Source: an uncultured Olleya sp. (GTDB lineage Bacteria > Bacteroidota > Bacteroidia > Flavobacteriales > Flavobacteriaceae). From it: a stretch of 64,000 bases of DNA. The translations under genes were made by a program, and so were the position numbers. The DNA lies in the NCBI GenBank assembly GCA_947503885.1, contig CANNFD010000011.1, positions 9,310-73,309 on the forward strand. Direction: 5' to 3'. A model generated the notes under the pieces. That model saw nothing but the letters and a program-made list of their open reading frames with translations, had not been told where the DNA came from and did no database searches. This document shows positions 28,929 to 39,524 of the stretch, piece by piece (within the stretch, counting starts at the first letter, position 1; each line of letters opens with the position of its first letter).

Positions 28929-30893
28929 ATGGCAGATAAAAATAAAAAAACAGCACCAAAAAAACCTAAATTTAACCCGTATTGGTTATATGGTGGTATA
29001 ATCATTTTCTTTATTGCGCTTCAAATTTTTGGAAGCAGTGCTGGGACTGAAAACAAAACCTCTCCTTCACAGTTTTTTGAATATTTAAGAGACGGTGATG
29101 TTGAAAAAGTAGATATTGTTAACGAAACAACTGCAAAGGTATATTTAAGAAAAGATGCGCAAAGCAAGGAGGTACATAAAAGTTCAAAACCAACTTCAAT
29201 TTTTCCATCGACAACACAAATGCCTAATTATTCTTTCCAATTTGGAGATTTAGCATTGTTTCAAGAAACGATAGATAAAATAAATCAAGAAATAGGTAAA
29301 GATAGTGCTGCCGAAGTAACGTTTAGCATTGATAGTAACCCTTGGGGAGAACTACTATTTAGTTTATTACCATTTGTACTTTTAATTGGAGTATGGATTT
29401 TTATCATGCGTCGTATGTCATCTGGTGGCGGTGGCGGTGCTGGTGGACAGATATTTAATATCGGAAAATCAAAAGCTAAACTTTTTGACGAAAACTCTGA
29501 AGTAAAAACATCCTTTAAAGATGTTGCAGGATTAGAAGGTGCAAAAGAAGAAGTACAAGAAATTGTAGATTTTTTAAAAAACCCATCTAAATACACAAAC
29601 TTAGGAGGTAAAATACCTAAAGGCGCTTTGCTTGTTGGACCTCCAGGTACAGGTAAAACATTATTAGCAAAAGCAGTTGCAGGAGAAGCTAAAGTCCCAT
29701 TCTTTTCTTTATCAGGATCTGATTTTGTAGAAATGTTTGTTGGTGTTGGAGCCTCTCGTGTAAGAGACTTATTTAAACAGGCTAAAGAAAAATCTCCAGC
29801 TATAATTTTTATTGACGAGATTGATGCTATTGGTCGTGCAAGAGGTAAAAATGCAATGTCTGGTAGTAATGACGAGCGCGAAAACACTTTAAACCAACTA
29901 TTAACAGAGATGGATGGTTTTGGTACAAATACAAACGTTATAGTCTTAGCTGCAACAAACAGAGCTGACATATTAGATAAAGCTTTGATGCGTGCAGGAA
30001 GGTTTGATAGACAAATCCATGTTGATTTACCAAACTTAACAGAACGTAGAGACATCTTTAAAGTACACCTAAAGCCACTTAAAAAAGCGGAAGGATTAGA
30101 TGTAGAATTTTTATCTAAACAAACGCCAGGATTTTCTGGTGCTGACATTGCAAATCTATGTAATGAAGCTGCCTTAATTGCTGCAAGAAAAGATAAAAAA
30201 GTTGTTGAAAAACAAGACTTTTTGGATGCAGTAGACCGTATTGTTGGAGGGTTAGAAAAAAGAAGCAACTTGTTTTCTGTTGAAGAGAAAAAAACCATTG
30301 CTTACCATGAAGCAGGACACGCTACCGTTAGCTGGTTTTTAGAACATGCAGACCCATTAGTAAAAGTAACTATCGTCCCTAGAGGTCGTAGCTTAGGTGC
30401 TGCTTGGTATTTACCACAGGAAGCTTATATAACTAGAACAAGTAAGTTTTTAGACGAAATCTGTGTAACAATGGGTGGACGTGCTGCAGAAAAATTAATA
30501 TTTGACCAAATATCTACTGGTGCTTTAAGCGATCTAGAAAACGTAACCAAAAAAGCAAAAGCTATGGTTATGATATATGGACTAAATGAAAAGGTTGGAA
30601 ACATCACTTTTTATGATCCTGCAGGCGAAAACGGTTTTGTTAAACCTTATAGCGAGAAAACAGCCGAGTTGATTGATAACGAGATAAAGAGCATCGTAGA
30701 AACTCAATATCAAAGAGCTATAGAGTTGTTAAGCTCTAAAAAAGATGTGCTTGAAAAATTAGCCCAAAGGTTAATTGAAAGAGAGGTTATTTTTAAAGAC
30801 GATTTAGAAGAAATTTTAGGAAAACGTCCTTTTGATAATCACGATAATAAAAACATTATCGAAGAAACTACAAGCCCTAACGAAGAAGAATAA
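28929..30893 (+). CDS. ftsH: ATP-dependent zinc metalloprotease FtsH
   Basis: Two TM helices, GPPGTGKT, DEIDAIG, RAGRFDRQI, HEAGH. Confidence 0.98.
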   Translation: MADKNKKTAPKKPKFNPYWLYGGIIIFFIALQIFGSSAGTENKTSPSQFFEYLRDGDVEKVDIVNETTAKVYLRKDAQSKEVHKSSKPTSIFPSTTQMPNYSFQFGDLALFQETIDKINQEIGKDSAAEVTFSIDSNPWGELLFSLLPFVLLIGVWIFIMRRMSSGGGGGAGGQIFNIGKSKAKLFDENSEVKTSFKDVAGLEGAKEEVQEIVDFLKNPSKYTNLGGKIPKGALLVGPPGTGKTLLAKAVAGEAKVPFFSLSGSDFVEMFVGVGASRVRDLFKQAKEKSPAIIFIDEIDAIGRARGKNAMSGSNDERENTLNQLLTEMDGFGTNTNVIVLAATNRADILDKALMRAGRFDRQIHVDLPNLTERRDIFKVHLKPLKKAEGLDVEFLSKQTPGFSGADIANLCNEAALIAARKDKKVVEKQDFLDAVDRIVGGLEKRSNLFSVEEKKTIAYHEAGHATVSWFLEHADPLVKVTIVPRGRSLGAAWYLPQEAYITRTSKFLDEICVTMGGRAAEKLIFDQISTGALSDLENVTKKAKAMVMIYGLNEKVGNITFYDPAGENGFVKPYSEKTAELIDNEIKSIVETQYQRAIELLSSKKDVLEKLAQRLIEREVIFKDDLEEILGKRPFDNHDNKNIIEETTSPNEEE

Positions 30894-30917
30894 TTACAGA
30901 AATAACAAAATAGGATT

Positions 30918-30958
30918 AAAAATCTTAGATTATCTCGTTTGATAGTCTAAGATTTTTT
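30918..30958 (+). terminator. intrinsic terminator after ftsH
   Basis: AAAAATCTTAGATTATC-loop-GATAGTCTAAGATTTTTT. Confidence 0.75.
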
Positions 30959-31005
30959 ATATTTGATAATCCCATAATATAATATCTGATTATAGTTAAG
31001 TGTTA

Positions 31006-31614
31006 ATGAGCCTTTTTAGAAAATTATTTAGTTCTAAATCTCAAATAGAAAAAGAGGAATTAAAGTCCGATGATAGAGGCAAGTATATGCCCAAAGAGGA
31101 GCTACCCATAGATGAACGTTTTACAATAAACTTCAAGGAAAATGGCGGTAAATTTTTGTATTGCGACTCTATTGACGAAGTGTACGAAAACCTCAACAAT
31201 ATTATTTTAGAAAACAATTGGGAAGACCACTCCGCTTTTTTTTACGATACTAACTTAAAAGACAAATTTAAATCGTCACAACTTAAGGTTAGTAGTAATT
31301 TATCAGAATGCACTTATTTTATAACCACTTGTGAAAATTTAATAGCTAACGATGGTTCTTTACTTGTCTGTTCAAACCAATTAGCAGAAAAGAAACTTAT
31401 AGAATTTCCTAATAATGTTATTGTTTTTGCAACAACAAGCCAAATTATCTCAAATATTGGAGAAGGCTTAAGAGAAATTAAAAACAAATACAGTAGAAAA
31501 ATACCTACTAACATTACAACAATCAAACATTTTAAATTACAGGAGGAAAAAGACTTTTTATCTTACGGGAGCAGTACAAAAAACCTATATTTGTTGCTTT
31601 TAGAAGACCTATAA
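31006..31614 (+). CDS. LUD (LutC/YkgG) domain protein
   Basis: ITTCENLIANDGSLLV, PTNITTI; ATG 31006 preferred over GTG 31000. Confidence 0.7.
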   Translation: MSLFRKLFSSKSQIEKEELKSDDRGKYMPKEELPIDERFTINFKENGGKFLYCDSIDEVYENLNNIILENNWEDHSAFFYDTNLKDKFKSSQLKVSSNLSECTYFITTCENLIANDGSLLVCSNQLAEKKLIEFPNNVIVFATTSQIISNIGEGLREIKNKYSRKIPTNITTIKHFKLQEEKDFLSYGSSTKNLYLLLLEDL

Positions 31615-31618
31615 TTTT

Positions 31619-32440
31619 ATGAACGAAACCTTAACAAGAGCACTTTCAGGATTCTTATACGTAAGCTTGCTTGTAGCATCACTTTTAAATCAACACGCTT
31701 TTATCGTGTTGTTTTTTGTGTTTGGGGTAGTTTGTTTAATAGAATTATGCAAATTAATACAAGTTAAGAGTGTTGTACCATTTATAATTTTTACTGTTTT
31801 ATATTTTGTGTTTGGATATTGGCAATTAGTAATGAAGTCTGACAAAGGACTTAATGAAGCCACACAAATACTACAAGTACTTACTATATTTGTTCACTTG
31901 TTTTTAATTAAGGATTTGTTTTCAGAAAAAACAATACCTTTATTTAGCTCAAAAAGGTTTTTAATAACAACCTTTTATTTATCAAGTGGATTTGTTTTTT
32001 TATTGTTAATAGCTAATCACAATGGATATTTTACACCAGAATACATTTTAGGTTCTTTTATACTAGTTTGGATTAACGATACTTTTGCTTACTTAGTTGG
32101 TAAAAACTTTGGAAAACAAAAGTTATTTCCAAGCATCTCACCTAAAAAAACAGTAGAAGGCTTTTTAGGCGGTCTATTTTTCGCCTCAGTTGCCAGCTAT
32201 TTTATTCATATATTTACAGAAACATTAACCTTTACACATTGGTTAATATTAAGTATAATAATTAGTGTAATTGGTACATTAGGAGATTTAATCGAGTCCA
32301 AGTTTAAACGACAAGCAAACGTAAAGGATAGTGGCGTAATTATGCCAGGACATGGAGGATTGCTTGACCGATTTGACAGCATGATATTTGCTGCTCCTTT
32401 TATTTATTTATTTTTAAGAATTTTAAAATATGTTTCATAA
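31619..32440 (+). CDS. cdsA: phosphatidate cytidylyltransferase
   Basis: WINDTFAYLVG...SPKKTVEG, GDLIESKFKR...KDSG..MPGHGGLLDRFDS. Confidence 0.96.
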   Translation: MNETLTRALSGFLYVSLLVASLLNQHAFIVLFFVFGVVCLIELCKLIQVKSVVPFIIFTVLYFVFGYWQLVMKSDKGLNEATQILQVLTIFVHLFLIKDLFSEKTIPLFSSKRFLITTFYLSSGFVFLLLIANHNGYFTPEYILGSFILVWINDTFAYLVGKNFGKQKLFPSISPKKTVEGFLGGLFFASVASYFIHIFTETLTFTHWLILSIIISVIGTLGDLIESKFKRQANVKDSGVIMPGHGGLLDRFDSMIFAAPFIYLFLRILKYVS

Positions 32441-33080
32441 AGAAGGGTTTAAGATAATTGCAATCACGTTTTTATTGGTGGCTATATCAGCAGTAGTAGT
32501 AGATAAATTTGTTTCCATACAATGGTTACAATACTTACTGTTTTTTACATTATTTGTGTTTCTATTTTTAATACTTCAATTTTTTAGAAATCCAAAAAGG
32601 ATTACTGCCCTAAACGATAATACCGTAGTATCTCCAGTAGATGGTAAAGTTGTGGTTATTGAGGAAGTTTTTGAACCTGAATACTTTAAAGAAAAAAGAC
32701 TACAAGTTAGCGTATTTATGTCGCCAATTAATGTCCATGTAACGCGCTACCCTATCGGTGGTAAAGTTGCATATAGCAAGTACCATCCAGGTAAGTATTT
32801 AGTCGCTTGGCACCCAAAAGCAAGTACTGAAAACGAACGCACAACAGTTGTTGTAGACAATCCATCATACGGTAAGGTATTGTACAGACAAATTGCTGGC
32901 GCACTAGCTAAACGAATTGTAAACTATGCTAAAGAAGGTGATCTTGCTGCTCAAGGTTCTGATTCCGGTTTTATAAAATTTGGTTCGAGAGTAGATTTAT
33001 TTTTACCTTTAGACACTAATATTAAAGTTGCCTTAAACCAAAAAGTAAAAGGAGGCGAAAGTATTATTGCAGAAATTTAA
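32430..33080 (+). CDS. psd: phosphatidylserine decarboxylase proenzyme
   Basis: FFRNP.R, SPVDGKV, FMSPINVH, GFIKFGSRVD (GS cleavage site). Confidence 0.95.
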   Translation: MFHKEGFKIIAITFLLVAISAVVVDKFVSIQWLQYLLFFTLFVFLFLILQFFRNPKRITALNDNTVVSPVDGKVVVIEEVFEPEYFKEKRLQVSVFMSPINVHVTRYPIGGKVAYSKYHPGKYLVAWHPKASTENERTTVVVDNPSYGKVLYRQIAGALAKRIVNYAKEGDLAAQGSDSGFIKFGSRVDLFLPLDTNIKVALNQKVKGGESIIAEI

Positions 33081-33084
33081 GAGT

Positions 33085-33351
33085 ATGACTCCTGAAGAAT
33101 TAAATACAATTTTTGAAGATGCTGTTGAGCGTATAAACGCACATACAGAACCCTTTCCAGCAGATTTATTACTTCGTTTATATGCCTATTATAAAAAAGC
33201 GACCAATAACTACGAAAGACCAAGTAGTAGAAAGCCTATTATAAATGCATTTAAAACTAATGCCCTTTTTCAAATCAAAGACATTACTTCTGACCAAGCA
33301 AAAGAGACTTATATAGAGCTTGTAGACAACTACTTTTTATATAGAAAATAA
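33085..33351 (+). CDS. acyl-CoA-binding protein (ACBP)
   Basis: LLRLYAYYKKAT ACBP signature; ATG 33085 avoids overlap with psd. Confidence 0.8.
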   Translation: MTPEELNTIFEDAVERINAHTEPFPADLLLRLYAYYKKATNNYERPSSRKPIINAFKTNALFQIKDITSDQAKETYIELVDNYFLYRK

Positions 33352-33457
33352 TTATGCTTTTCTACTTTGAAACTTAGTTATTCCAAGTTTTATATCTAGA
33401 ATTATATTTAACATAACAAGTCATGTTATGCTAAAATTTTACTTCTAGTTAAGTCAA

Positions 33458-35113
33458 TTAATTTTCCAATACAAATTCTAAAGGTTTACCTGTAGCTCCG
33501 TTAGGAAAAGAAATGCCTAATAACGCTGAAATTGTTGGTGCAATATCTGGTATGGTCGTATGCTCCATTGTGCTTCCTGCTTTAATACCTTTTCCAAAAA
33601 ACAATAATGGTACGTGGGTATCATAATTTAAAGCAGACCCATGTGTCGATCCTGTTTTACTATAGCTAATTACAGCAGGATCTAAAACATATAATACATC
33701 TCCTGAACGTTTTTGGTTATATCCATTTTGAAGTAAGTTCTCAATGCCTCCAGAAAACTCAGTAGTACTCATGCTTGTTGCTGTATAAGCTTTATAAATA
33801 TTTGGATAGCTAATAATAGTATTTACAATTTCTTGCTGTACACTAGCTAGGTTTAAACCATAGCTTTTAATTAGCTCGCGATCCAAAAATATTTGATTAT
33901 TACTAATGTTTTTAATTAAGTCTTCTGCTTTATAGTTAAAGATTACAGTTTCGTTTAAATTAGATTTAAAAGCATCCTTATCAAAATATCCTGCAGGTAT
34001 TTTTAATGATTGTAAGTAAGCTGGCACTTCTACTGCTCCATGGTCAGAAGATAAAAACAATGTGTAATTCCCTTCTCCTACTTTAGCATCAAGTGCATTT
34101 AACAAACGCTCTATATCTTTATCTAATCTTAAATAAGTATCCTGTATCTCTTTACTGTTAACACCAAAGTTATGACCTACATAATCTGTACTTGAGTAAC
34201 TAACAGTTAAAACATCTGTAATAGCATCTTTTCCTAACTGCTCTCCATCAATTGAAGCAATAGCAAAATCTGTAACAATACTATTTCCGTAAGGTGTTGC
34301 TTTAATAATCTCGTAGCCTCTATTAAATTCGCTTAGCGCTTTTAAATCATATGGGAAAGTTGCAGTTTCCTTACCTTTAAAACCGCCTTCAAACGCGTTT
34401 AAATCGTTTCCACTTTCAGTATAAGTATCAATATCATATAATGTATTCCATTCTTTTAAATAACTTTCAGCTATAGCTGAATTATTAAATGACTGCACCC
34501 AATTTGGTAAAGTTTCAAAATAGAAAGTACTACTAATAAAACGACCTTCATCCGCACCATGAAACCAATAGGCTGCATTAGCAGTATGCCCTGCAGGTAA
34601 AATAGCACCTCTATCTTTTACAGAAATACCGATAGTTTTACCACGCATTTGGGTAAACATTCTGTTTTCGTCTGCAAAAGTTGTCGTTTTTAGTCTATGT
34701 GGAGACATTTGCCCCGCTTTATGTGAAGTACCAACCGATTGTACAGTTGTATCGCCAGCGCAATACACATAACTATCCGACACCTTATCATACCAATTAT
34801 TAGAAATTACTCCATGTACTTTAGGCGTAGTCCCCGTAAATACGGATGCGTGTCCCGGTCCTGTATAAGTAGGCACATAATTAAAATGATTGTTTTTACA
34901 ATTAAAACCTTGATTAATCAAACGTTTAAAACCGCCTTCTCCATACTTACTATAAAACCTAGTTAAATAATCATATCTCATTTGATCAACAACAATTCCA
35001 ACCACTAATTTAGGTTGAGTATTAAGAGTTGTAACCTTAGTGTTTACCGCACTTTTTTGCGATTGACATCCTAGCAAAAAACAAATAACAAATACAGATA
35101 AAAAGACTCTCAT
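33458..35113 (-). CDS. pafA: alkaline phosphatase PafA family lipoprotein
   Basis: VVGIVVDQMRYDYL, TGPGHAS (Thr nucleophile), SSTDYVGH, SSDHG, TGSTHGS. Confidence 0.9.
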   Translation of the reverse strand: MRVFLSVFVICFLLGCQSQKSAVNTKVTTLNTQPKLVVGIVVDQMRYDYLTRFYSKYGEGGFKRLINQGFNCKNNHFNYVPTYTGPGHASVFTGTTPKVHGVISNNWYDKVSDSYVYCAGDTTVQSVGTSHKAGQMSPHRLKTTTFADENRMFTQMRGKTIGISVKDRGAILPAGHTANAAYWFHGADEGRFISSTFYFETLPNWVQSFNNSAIAESYLKEWNTLYDIDTYTESGNDLNAFEGGFKGKETATFPYDLKALSEFNRGYEIIKATPYGNSIVTDFAIASIDGEQLGKDAITDVLTVSYSSTDYVGHNFGVNSKEIQDTYLRLDKDIERLLNALDAKVGEGNYTLFLSSDHGAVEVPAYLQSLKIPAGYFDKDAFKSNLNETVIFNYKAEDLIKNISNNQIFLDRELIKSYGLNLASVQQEIVNTIISYPNIYKAYTATSMSTTEFSGGIENLLQNGYNQKRSGDVLYVLDPAVISYSKTGSTHGSALNYDTHVPLLFFGKGIKAGSTMEHTTIPDIAPTISALLGISFPNGATGKPLEFVLEN

Positions 35114-35224
35114 TTTAAAAAATTTAATTTAGAACCTCAAAAATACAGATTTTAAAACATCTAATTTGAAATTAAGGTCAAATACCTCTTAGAATTTTAT
35201 ATTTTAGCAGTAATAAATAACTGA

Positions 35225-35965
35225 ATGAATTACCTACACTATATTGGAACTTACTTTTTAATGGTTATCGAGATGTTTCGAAAGCCTACAAAGTGGTCTG
35301 TAATGAAAAAATTAATACTTAAAGATATCGACGATTTGATTATCGGGTCTTTGGGTATCGTGGCGTTTATCTCGTTTTTTGTTGGTGGTGTTGTAACAAT
35401 ACAGACTGCATTAAACATTGATAATCCTTTAATCCCAAAAAACCTGGTAGGTTTTGCTACTAGGCAATCTATTATATTAGAATTTGCTCCAACTTTTATG
35501 TCTATTATTATGGCGGGTAAGGTAGGTTCTTTTATCACATCAAGTATTGGAACCATGCGTGTTACGGAGCAAATTGATGCTTTAGAAGTAATGGGGATTA
35601 ATAGTTTAAATTATTTAGTGTTTCCAAAATTTATAGCCTTAACCCTTTACCCATTTGTAATTTCAATTTCAATGTTTTTAGGTATAATGGGTGGATTGGC
35701 TGCTTGTGTTTATGGGGGCTATGCTACAATGCCAGATTATATTGAAGGAATCCAATTAGACTTTAAGCCTTTTCATATGGCTTATGCTTTTATAAAAACA
35801 TTAATTTTTGCTTTTATCCTAGCAACAGTTCCTTCCTATCATGGGTACTACATGAAAGGTGGTGCTTTGGAAGTTGGTAAAGCTAGTACAACGTCTTTTG
35901 TTTGGACTAGTGTGATGATTATCCTATTAAATTATATATTAACTCAACTCCTGCTAAGTCAATGA
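35225..35965 (+). CDS. mlaE: MlaE-family ABC permease
   Basis: EFAP, AGKVGS..TSSIGTMRVTEQIDALEVMG, GALEVGKASTT. Confidence 0.92.
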   Translation: MNYLHYIGTYFLMVIEMFRKPTKWSVMKKLILKDIDDLIIGSLGIVAFISFFVGGVVTIQTALNIDNPLIPKNLVGFATRQSIILEFAPTFMSIIMAGKVGSFITSSIGTMRVTEQIDALEVMGINSLNYLVFPKFIALTLYPFVISISMFLGIMGGLAACVYGGYATMPDYIEGIQLDFKPFHMAYAFIKTLIFAFILATVPSYHGYYMKGGALEVGKASTTSFVWTSVMIILLNYILTQLLLSQ

Positions 35966-36729
35966 TAGAAGTAAAAAATTTACATAAATCGTTTGGAGAT
36001 GCACATATTTTAAAAGGCGTTACTACCACTTTTGAAAAAGGAAAAACTAACCTTATCATTGGACAAAGTGGCTCTGGTAAAACTGTATTTTTAAAATGCT
36101 TATTAGGCTTATTTGATTATGAAGAAGGTAGTATTGCTTACGATGGTAAAGTGTTTTCTCAGTTAAGTGAAGACCAAAAAAGAGAAATTAGAGCAGATAT
36201 AGGGATGGTTTTTCAAGGCAGTGCTTTATTTGACTCAATGACAATTGCAGAAAACGTTATGTTTCCGCTTAAAATGTTTACTAAACAAAGTAAAAGCGAA
36301 ATGGAAGACCGTGTTAACTTTGTTTTAAATAGAGTTAATCTTGGTGACGCGCATAATAAAAAGCCAAGTGAAGCCTCGGGAGGTATGCAAAAACGTGTTG
36401 CAATTGCACGCGCAATTGTAAACAAACCAAAATACTTGTTTTGTGATGAGCCTAACTCTGGTTTAGACCCAAAAACAGCAATTGTAATTGATGATTTAAT
36501 TAAAGAAATCACTGAAGAATATCAAATAACGACTGTCATCAACTCTCACGACATGAACTCGGTGATGCAAATTGGAGAGAAGATAATTTTCTTAAAAAAT
36601 GGTTACAAAGAGTGGGAAGGCTCACGTTATGATATTTTTAAAACAGATAACGAAGCTGTTACAGACTTTGTATACTCGTCAGAATTATTTAAAAAAGTAC
36701 GCCAAATGTACTTAGAAGAACGTGGCTAG
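35962..36729 (+). CDS. mlaF: MlaF-family ABC ATP-binding protein
   Basis: GQSGSGKT, SGGMQKRVAIAR, CDEPNSGLDP. Confidence 0.9.
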   Translation: MIEVKNLHKSFGDAHILKGVTTTFEKGKTNLIIGQSGSGKTVFLKCLLGLFDYEEGSIAYDGKVFSQLSEDQKREIRADIGMVFQGSALFDSMTIAENVMFPLKMFTKQSKSEMEDRVNFVLNRVNLGDAHNKKPSEASGGMQKRVAIARAIVNKPKYLFCDEPNSGLDPKTAIVIDDLIKEITEEYQITTVINSHDMNSVMQIGEKIIFLKNGYKEWEGSRYDIFKTDNEAVTDFVYSSELFKKVRQMYLEERG

Positions 36730-36752
36730 GCCTATTTAAATTAAACACCCAA

Positions 36753-38231
36753 TTAATCTGCTTGTTTAACAATCAAACTATCTAATTTTAATTTTAATTT
36801 TAACCAACGGTACAGTTTATCTTTTTCTTTAGCTATTTGATCTTCTGATGCTATAGAATCATTCCATCTTACAGAAAACACTGCTACAGTATCAATCGTT
36901 TTAAAGTTAGAGTTGACCACACTAGCATAAGACAAAGATTCAATATTTTCATAATTAATATTAACTTCTTTAGACAATTCTTCAAACGGAATTTGGTTAC
37001 GTTCTAACTTAGACAAGTACTTAACCTTATCTTCCAAATAAGATATTTTTTGTTGTTGCCCCATTAAATCTAGAGAGTCTCTGGTACGCAGTTCCTCCAT
37101 ATATTCTAGATTATTAATATTCCTGTCTTTTGTTTGATTGATTAGTAATTTAACATCATTTAAATAGGTATATTCCTGAAGACGTTGTTCTAAAAAATGC
37201 TTCATATCATCTGATATTACATCTGTCCCAAAGGTGGTTAATTCGATATTAGACTCACCATTTGGATCATAATTAGGAGTCGCATTTTTTTTGATATAAC
37301 TAGCGTTAGGTAAGGTTTTAAGCTCATTATCGATAAAGTTTTTTGCATCAATTTTAAACTGACTTTCTCTTAATACACTTAAAAATGTAAACATTGCTGG
37401 TATCATTACCACAATAGCCACCAAAGAGGCTATTCTAGCAATACGCTTACGCTTAGCAGAGTTTGCATACTTTAACATTGGGAAACGCAAAATCTTTAAT
37501 ACTAAAAACGTTGCTAACGCAATAAAAATGGTGTTAATAGTAAACAAATACATCGCTTGCCCAAAGTAAATCCAATTACCTTTTGCTAACCCATACCCAG
37601 CAGTACATAATGGAGGCATTAAGGCAGTAGCAATTGCTACACCAAAAATAACAGAAGCTATTGTCCCTTTTTTAGTCCGTGCTATAATTAATGCTAAACC
37701 ACCAAAAAAAGCTATTAAAACATCACGTATATCTGGCTGTACACGACCTAAAAGCTCTGAAGTATCTTCGCTTAACGGAAAAAATCTAAAAAACAAAAAT
37801 GCGGTTAATAAACTTAAAACAATCATTGTTGCTAGATTGATTAACGAGCGTTTAAGCGTATCAATATCATTTATTGCAATAGACAAACCAACACCTAAGA
37901 TTGGCCCCATTAATGGTGAAATTAACATGGCACCAATAACTACCGCAGTACTATTAGCATTTAAACCAACCGAAGCCACAAAAATAGAACAAATTAAAAT
38001 CCATGCTGTTGCCCCTTTAAAAGGGATGTCTGCTTTTATGGCTTCTATAGTTGCATCTCTGTCAGTATCGTCTCTAAAATCAAGTAACTCATGCATAAAA
38101 GTTTTAATACTTTTAAATAACCCTTGTGCATCTTTTTTTACCGCTTCCTTTTTTTCTTTAACAACTTCGTTTTGTTTCTCTTCATCAGAGAAATTAAATT
38201 TACTTTCTTTCGGTTCGTTATTTTGTTCCAT
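36753..38231 (-). CDS. DUF389 domain membrane protein
   Basis: IASVGL..NSTAVVIGAMLISPLMGPI, GVAIATALMPPL. Confidence 0.88.
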   Translation of the reverse strand: MEQNNEPKESKFNFSDEEKQNEVVKEKKEAVKKDAQGLFKSIKTFMHELLDFRDDTDRDATIEAIKADIPFKGATAWILICSIFVASVGLNANSTAVVIGAMLISPLMGPILGVGLSIAINDIDTLKRSLINLATMIVLSLLTAFLFFRFFPLSEDTSELLGRVQPDIRDVLIAFFGGLALIIARTKKGTIASVIFGVAIATALMPPLCTAGYGLAKGNWIYFGQAMYLFTINTIFIALATFLVLKILRFPMLKYANSAKRKRIARIASLVAIVVMIPAMFTFLSVLRESQFKIDAKNFIDNELKTLPNASYIKKNATPNYDPNGESNIELTTFGTDVISDDMKHFLEQRLQEYTYLNDVKLLINQTKDRNINNLEYMEELRTRDSLDLMGQQQKISYLEDKVKYLSKLERNQIPFEELSKEVNINYENIESLSYASVVNSNFKTIDTVAVFSVRWNDSIASEDQIAKEKDKLYRWLKLKLKLDSLIVKQAD

Positions 38232-38240
38232 AGTTAAAAC

Positions 38241-39320
38241 CTATCCGTAATGTTCGCCAAATTTATCTTTTACTTTTAGAAGCACTTCTTTAATATCTTG
38301 CTCCTTTGTCTTTGGAAAGATAAGCAAAACTTCGTCTTTATCCACAATAATATAATCTTGCAATCCATCGACTACCACTACCTTATTCCCTTTAGTGCTA
38401 ATCATGTTTCCAGACGCATCATTAGTTAACGTTTTAGCATTAACCACTGCATTATAATTTTCGTCTTTATCTAGTTTGTCATATAAGCTTCCCCAGGTTC
38501 CAAGATCATTCCAATCAAAAGTTGCAGGGATAACATAGACGTTTGATGAAGATTCCATAATAGCGTAATCTACTGAGATGTTTTCCGCTTTAGCGTAATT
38601 ATCTCTAATAAAATCGTCTTCAAAATCTGTGTTGTACACCTCGATTCCGTTTTTAAACAAATCAAATAATTGTGGTTGATTTTTTTGAAATGCATTAATC
38701 ACACTCTTGGCGCTCCACATAAATATTCCTGCATTCCATAAAAAATTACCTTTTGCTATAAATTGCTTTGCAGTTTGGTAATCTGGCTTTTCTCTAAACT
38801 GAACTACTGTACTTATATTATCCTCTGACATTGGTCCACTTTCTATATAACCATATCCTGTATTAGGAAACGTTGGCGTAATCCCTAGAGTCATTAATGC
38901 TTCATTATCCTGACAATATTGAAACGCTTGTTTTACGTTTTGTGTAAACGCCTCTTCGTCCTCAATCCAATGGTCACTAGGTGCGACAATCATTACTGCA
39001 TCAGGGTTTTCTTTTTGAATTTTTAAACTAGCATACAAAATACAAGGTGCAGTATTACGCATAGCAGGCTCTAAAACCACTTGACGTTGGGTCACTTCTG
39101 GTAGTTGCTGCAGCACCAAATCGTTATATTTTTGATTGGTTAAAATAAAAATATTTTCTTTTGGAATTAAGCGACTTAAACGACTAAACGTTTTTTGGAT
39201 TAGCGTATCTCCAGTACCAAGCATGTCATGAAACTGCTTTGGAAACTGCTCTGTACTAACTGGCCAAAAACGTGATCCTACCCCTCCTGCCATTAATATG
39301 GCGTAATAATTTTTATTCAT
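38241..39320 (-). CDS. manC: mannose-1-phosphate guanylyltransferase
   Basis: ILMAGGVGSRFWP...PKQF, EPAMRNTAP, PSDH, FREKP, SVDYAIME, WNDLGTW. Confidence 0.92.
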   Translation of the reverse strand: MNKNYYAILMAGGVGSRFWPVSTEQFPKQFHDMLGTGDTLIQKTFSRLSRLIPKENIFILTNQKYNDLVLQQLPEVTQRQVVLEPAMRNTAPCILYASLKIQKENPDAVMIVAPSDHWIEDEEAFTQNVKQAFQYCQDNEALMTLGITPTFPNTGYGYIESGPMSEDNISTVVQFREKPDYQTAKQFIAKGNFLWNAGIFMWSAKSVINAFQKNQPQLFDLFKNGIEVYNTDFEDDFIRDNYAKAENISVDYAIMESSSNVYVIPATFDWNDLGTWGSLYDKLDKDENYNAVVNAKTLTNDASGNMISTKGNKVVVVDGLQDYIIVDKDEVLLIFPKTKEQDIKEVLLKVKDKFGEHYG

Positions 39321-39524
39321 TTTGTTATTGCTTTTTGCTGTTAGCTATTTGTTTAGGCTTCAACTATTAAGTTGTCGCAATCTGTTTTTAAATCCTGTTA
39401 AAACAAGATTTTTAATTTTATTTTTTAATGTTCATGTGGTTTTTTGCTTTCGCAGAAATAACAAAAACACTTTATTTAATTTTTTACTTATTATTGGTAA
39501 ATTACCAATGTCTTGGAAATATAA

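Noticed and set aside
29285-30298. 337-aa minus-strand ORF
   Set aside because: Antisense shadow of the conserved ftsH AAA domain; no protein-like motifs
33406-33436. ATTTAACATAA (reverse complement of the XerD dif arm) inside an inverted repeat between ACBP and pafA
   Set aside because: The partner arm lies 9 nt away rather than 6, and the geometry fits a hairpin between convergent genes better than a dif site
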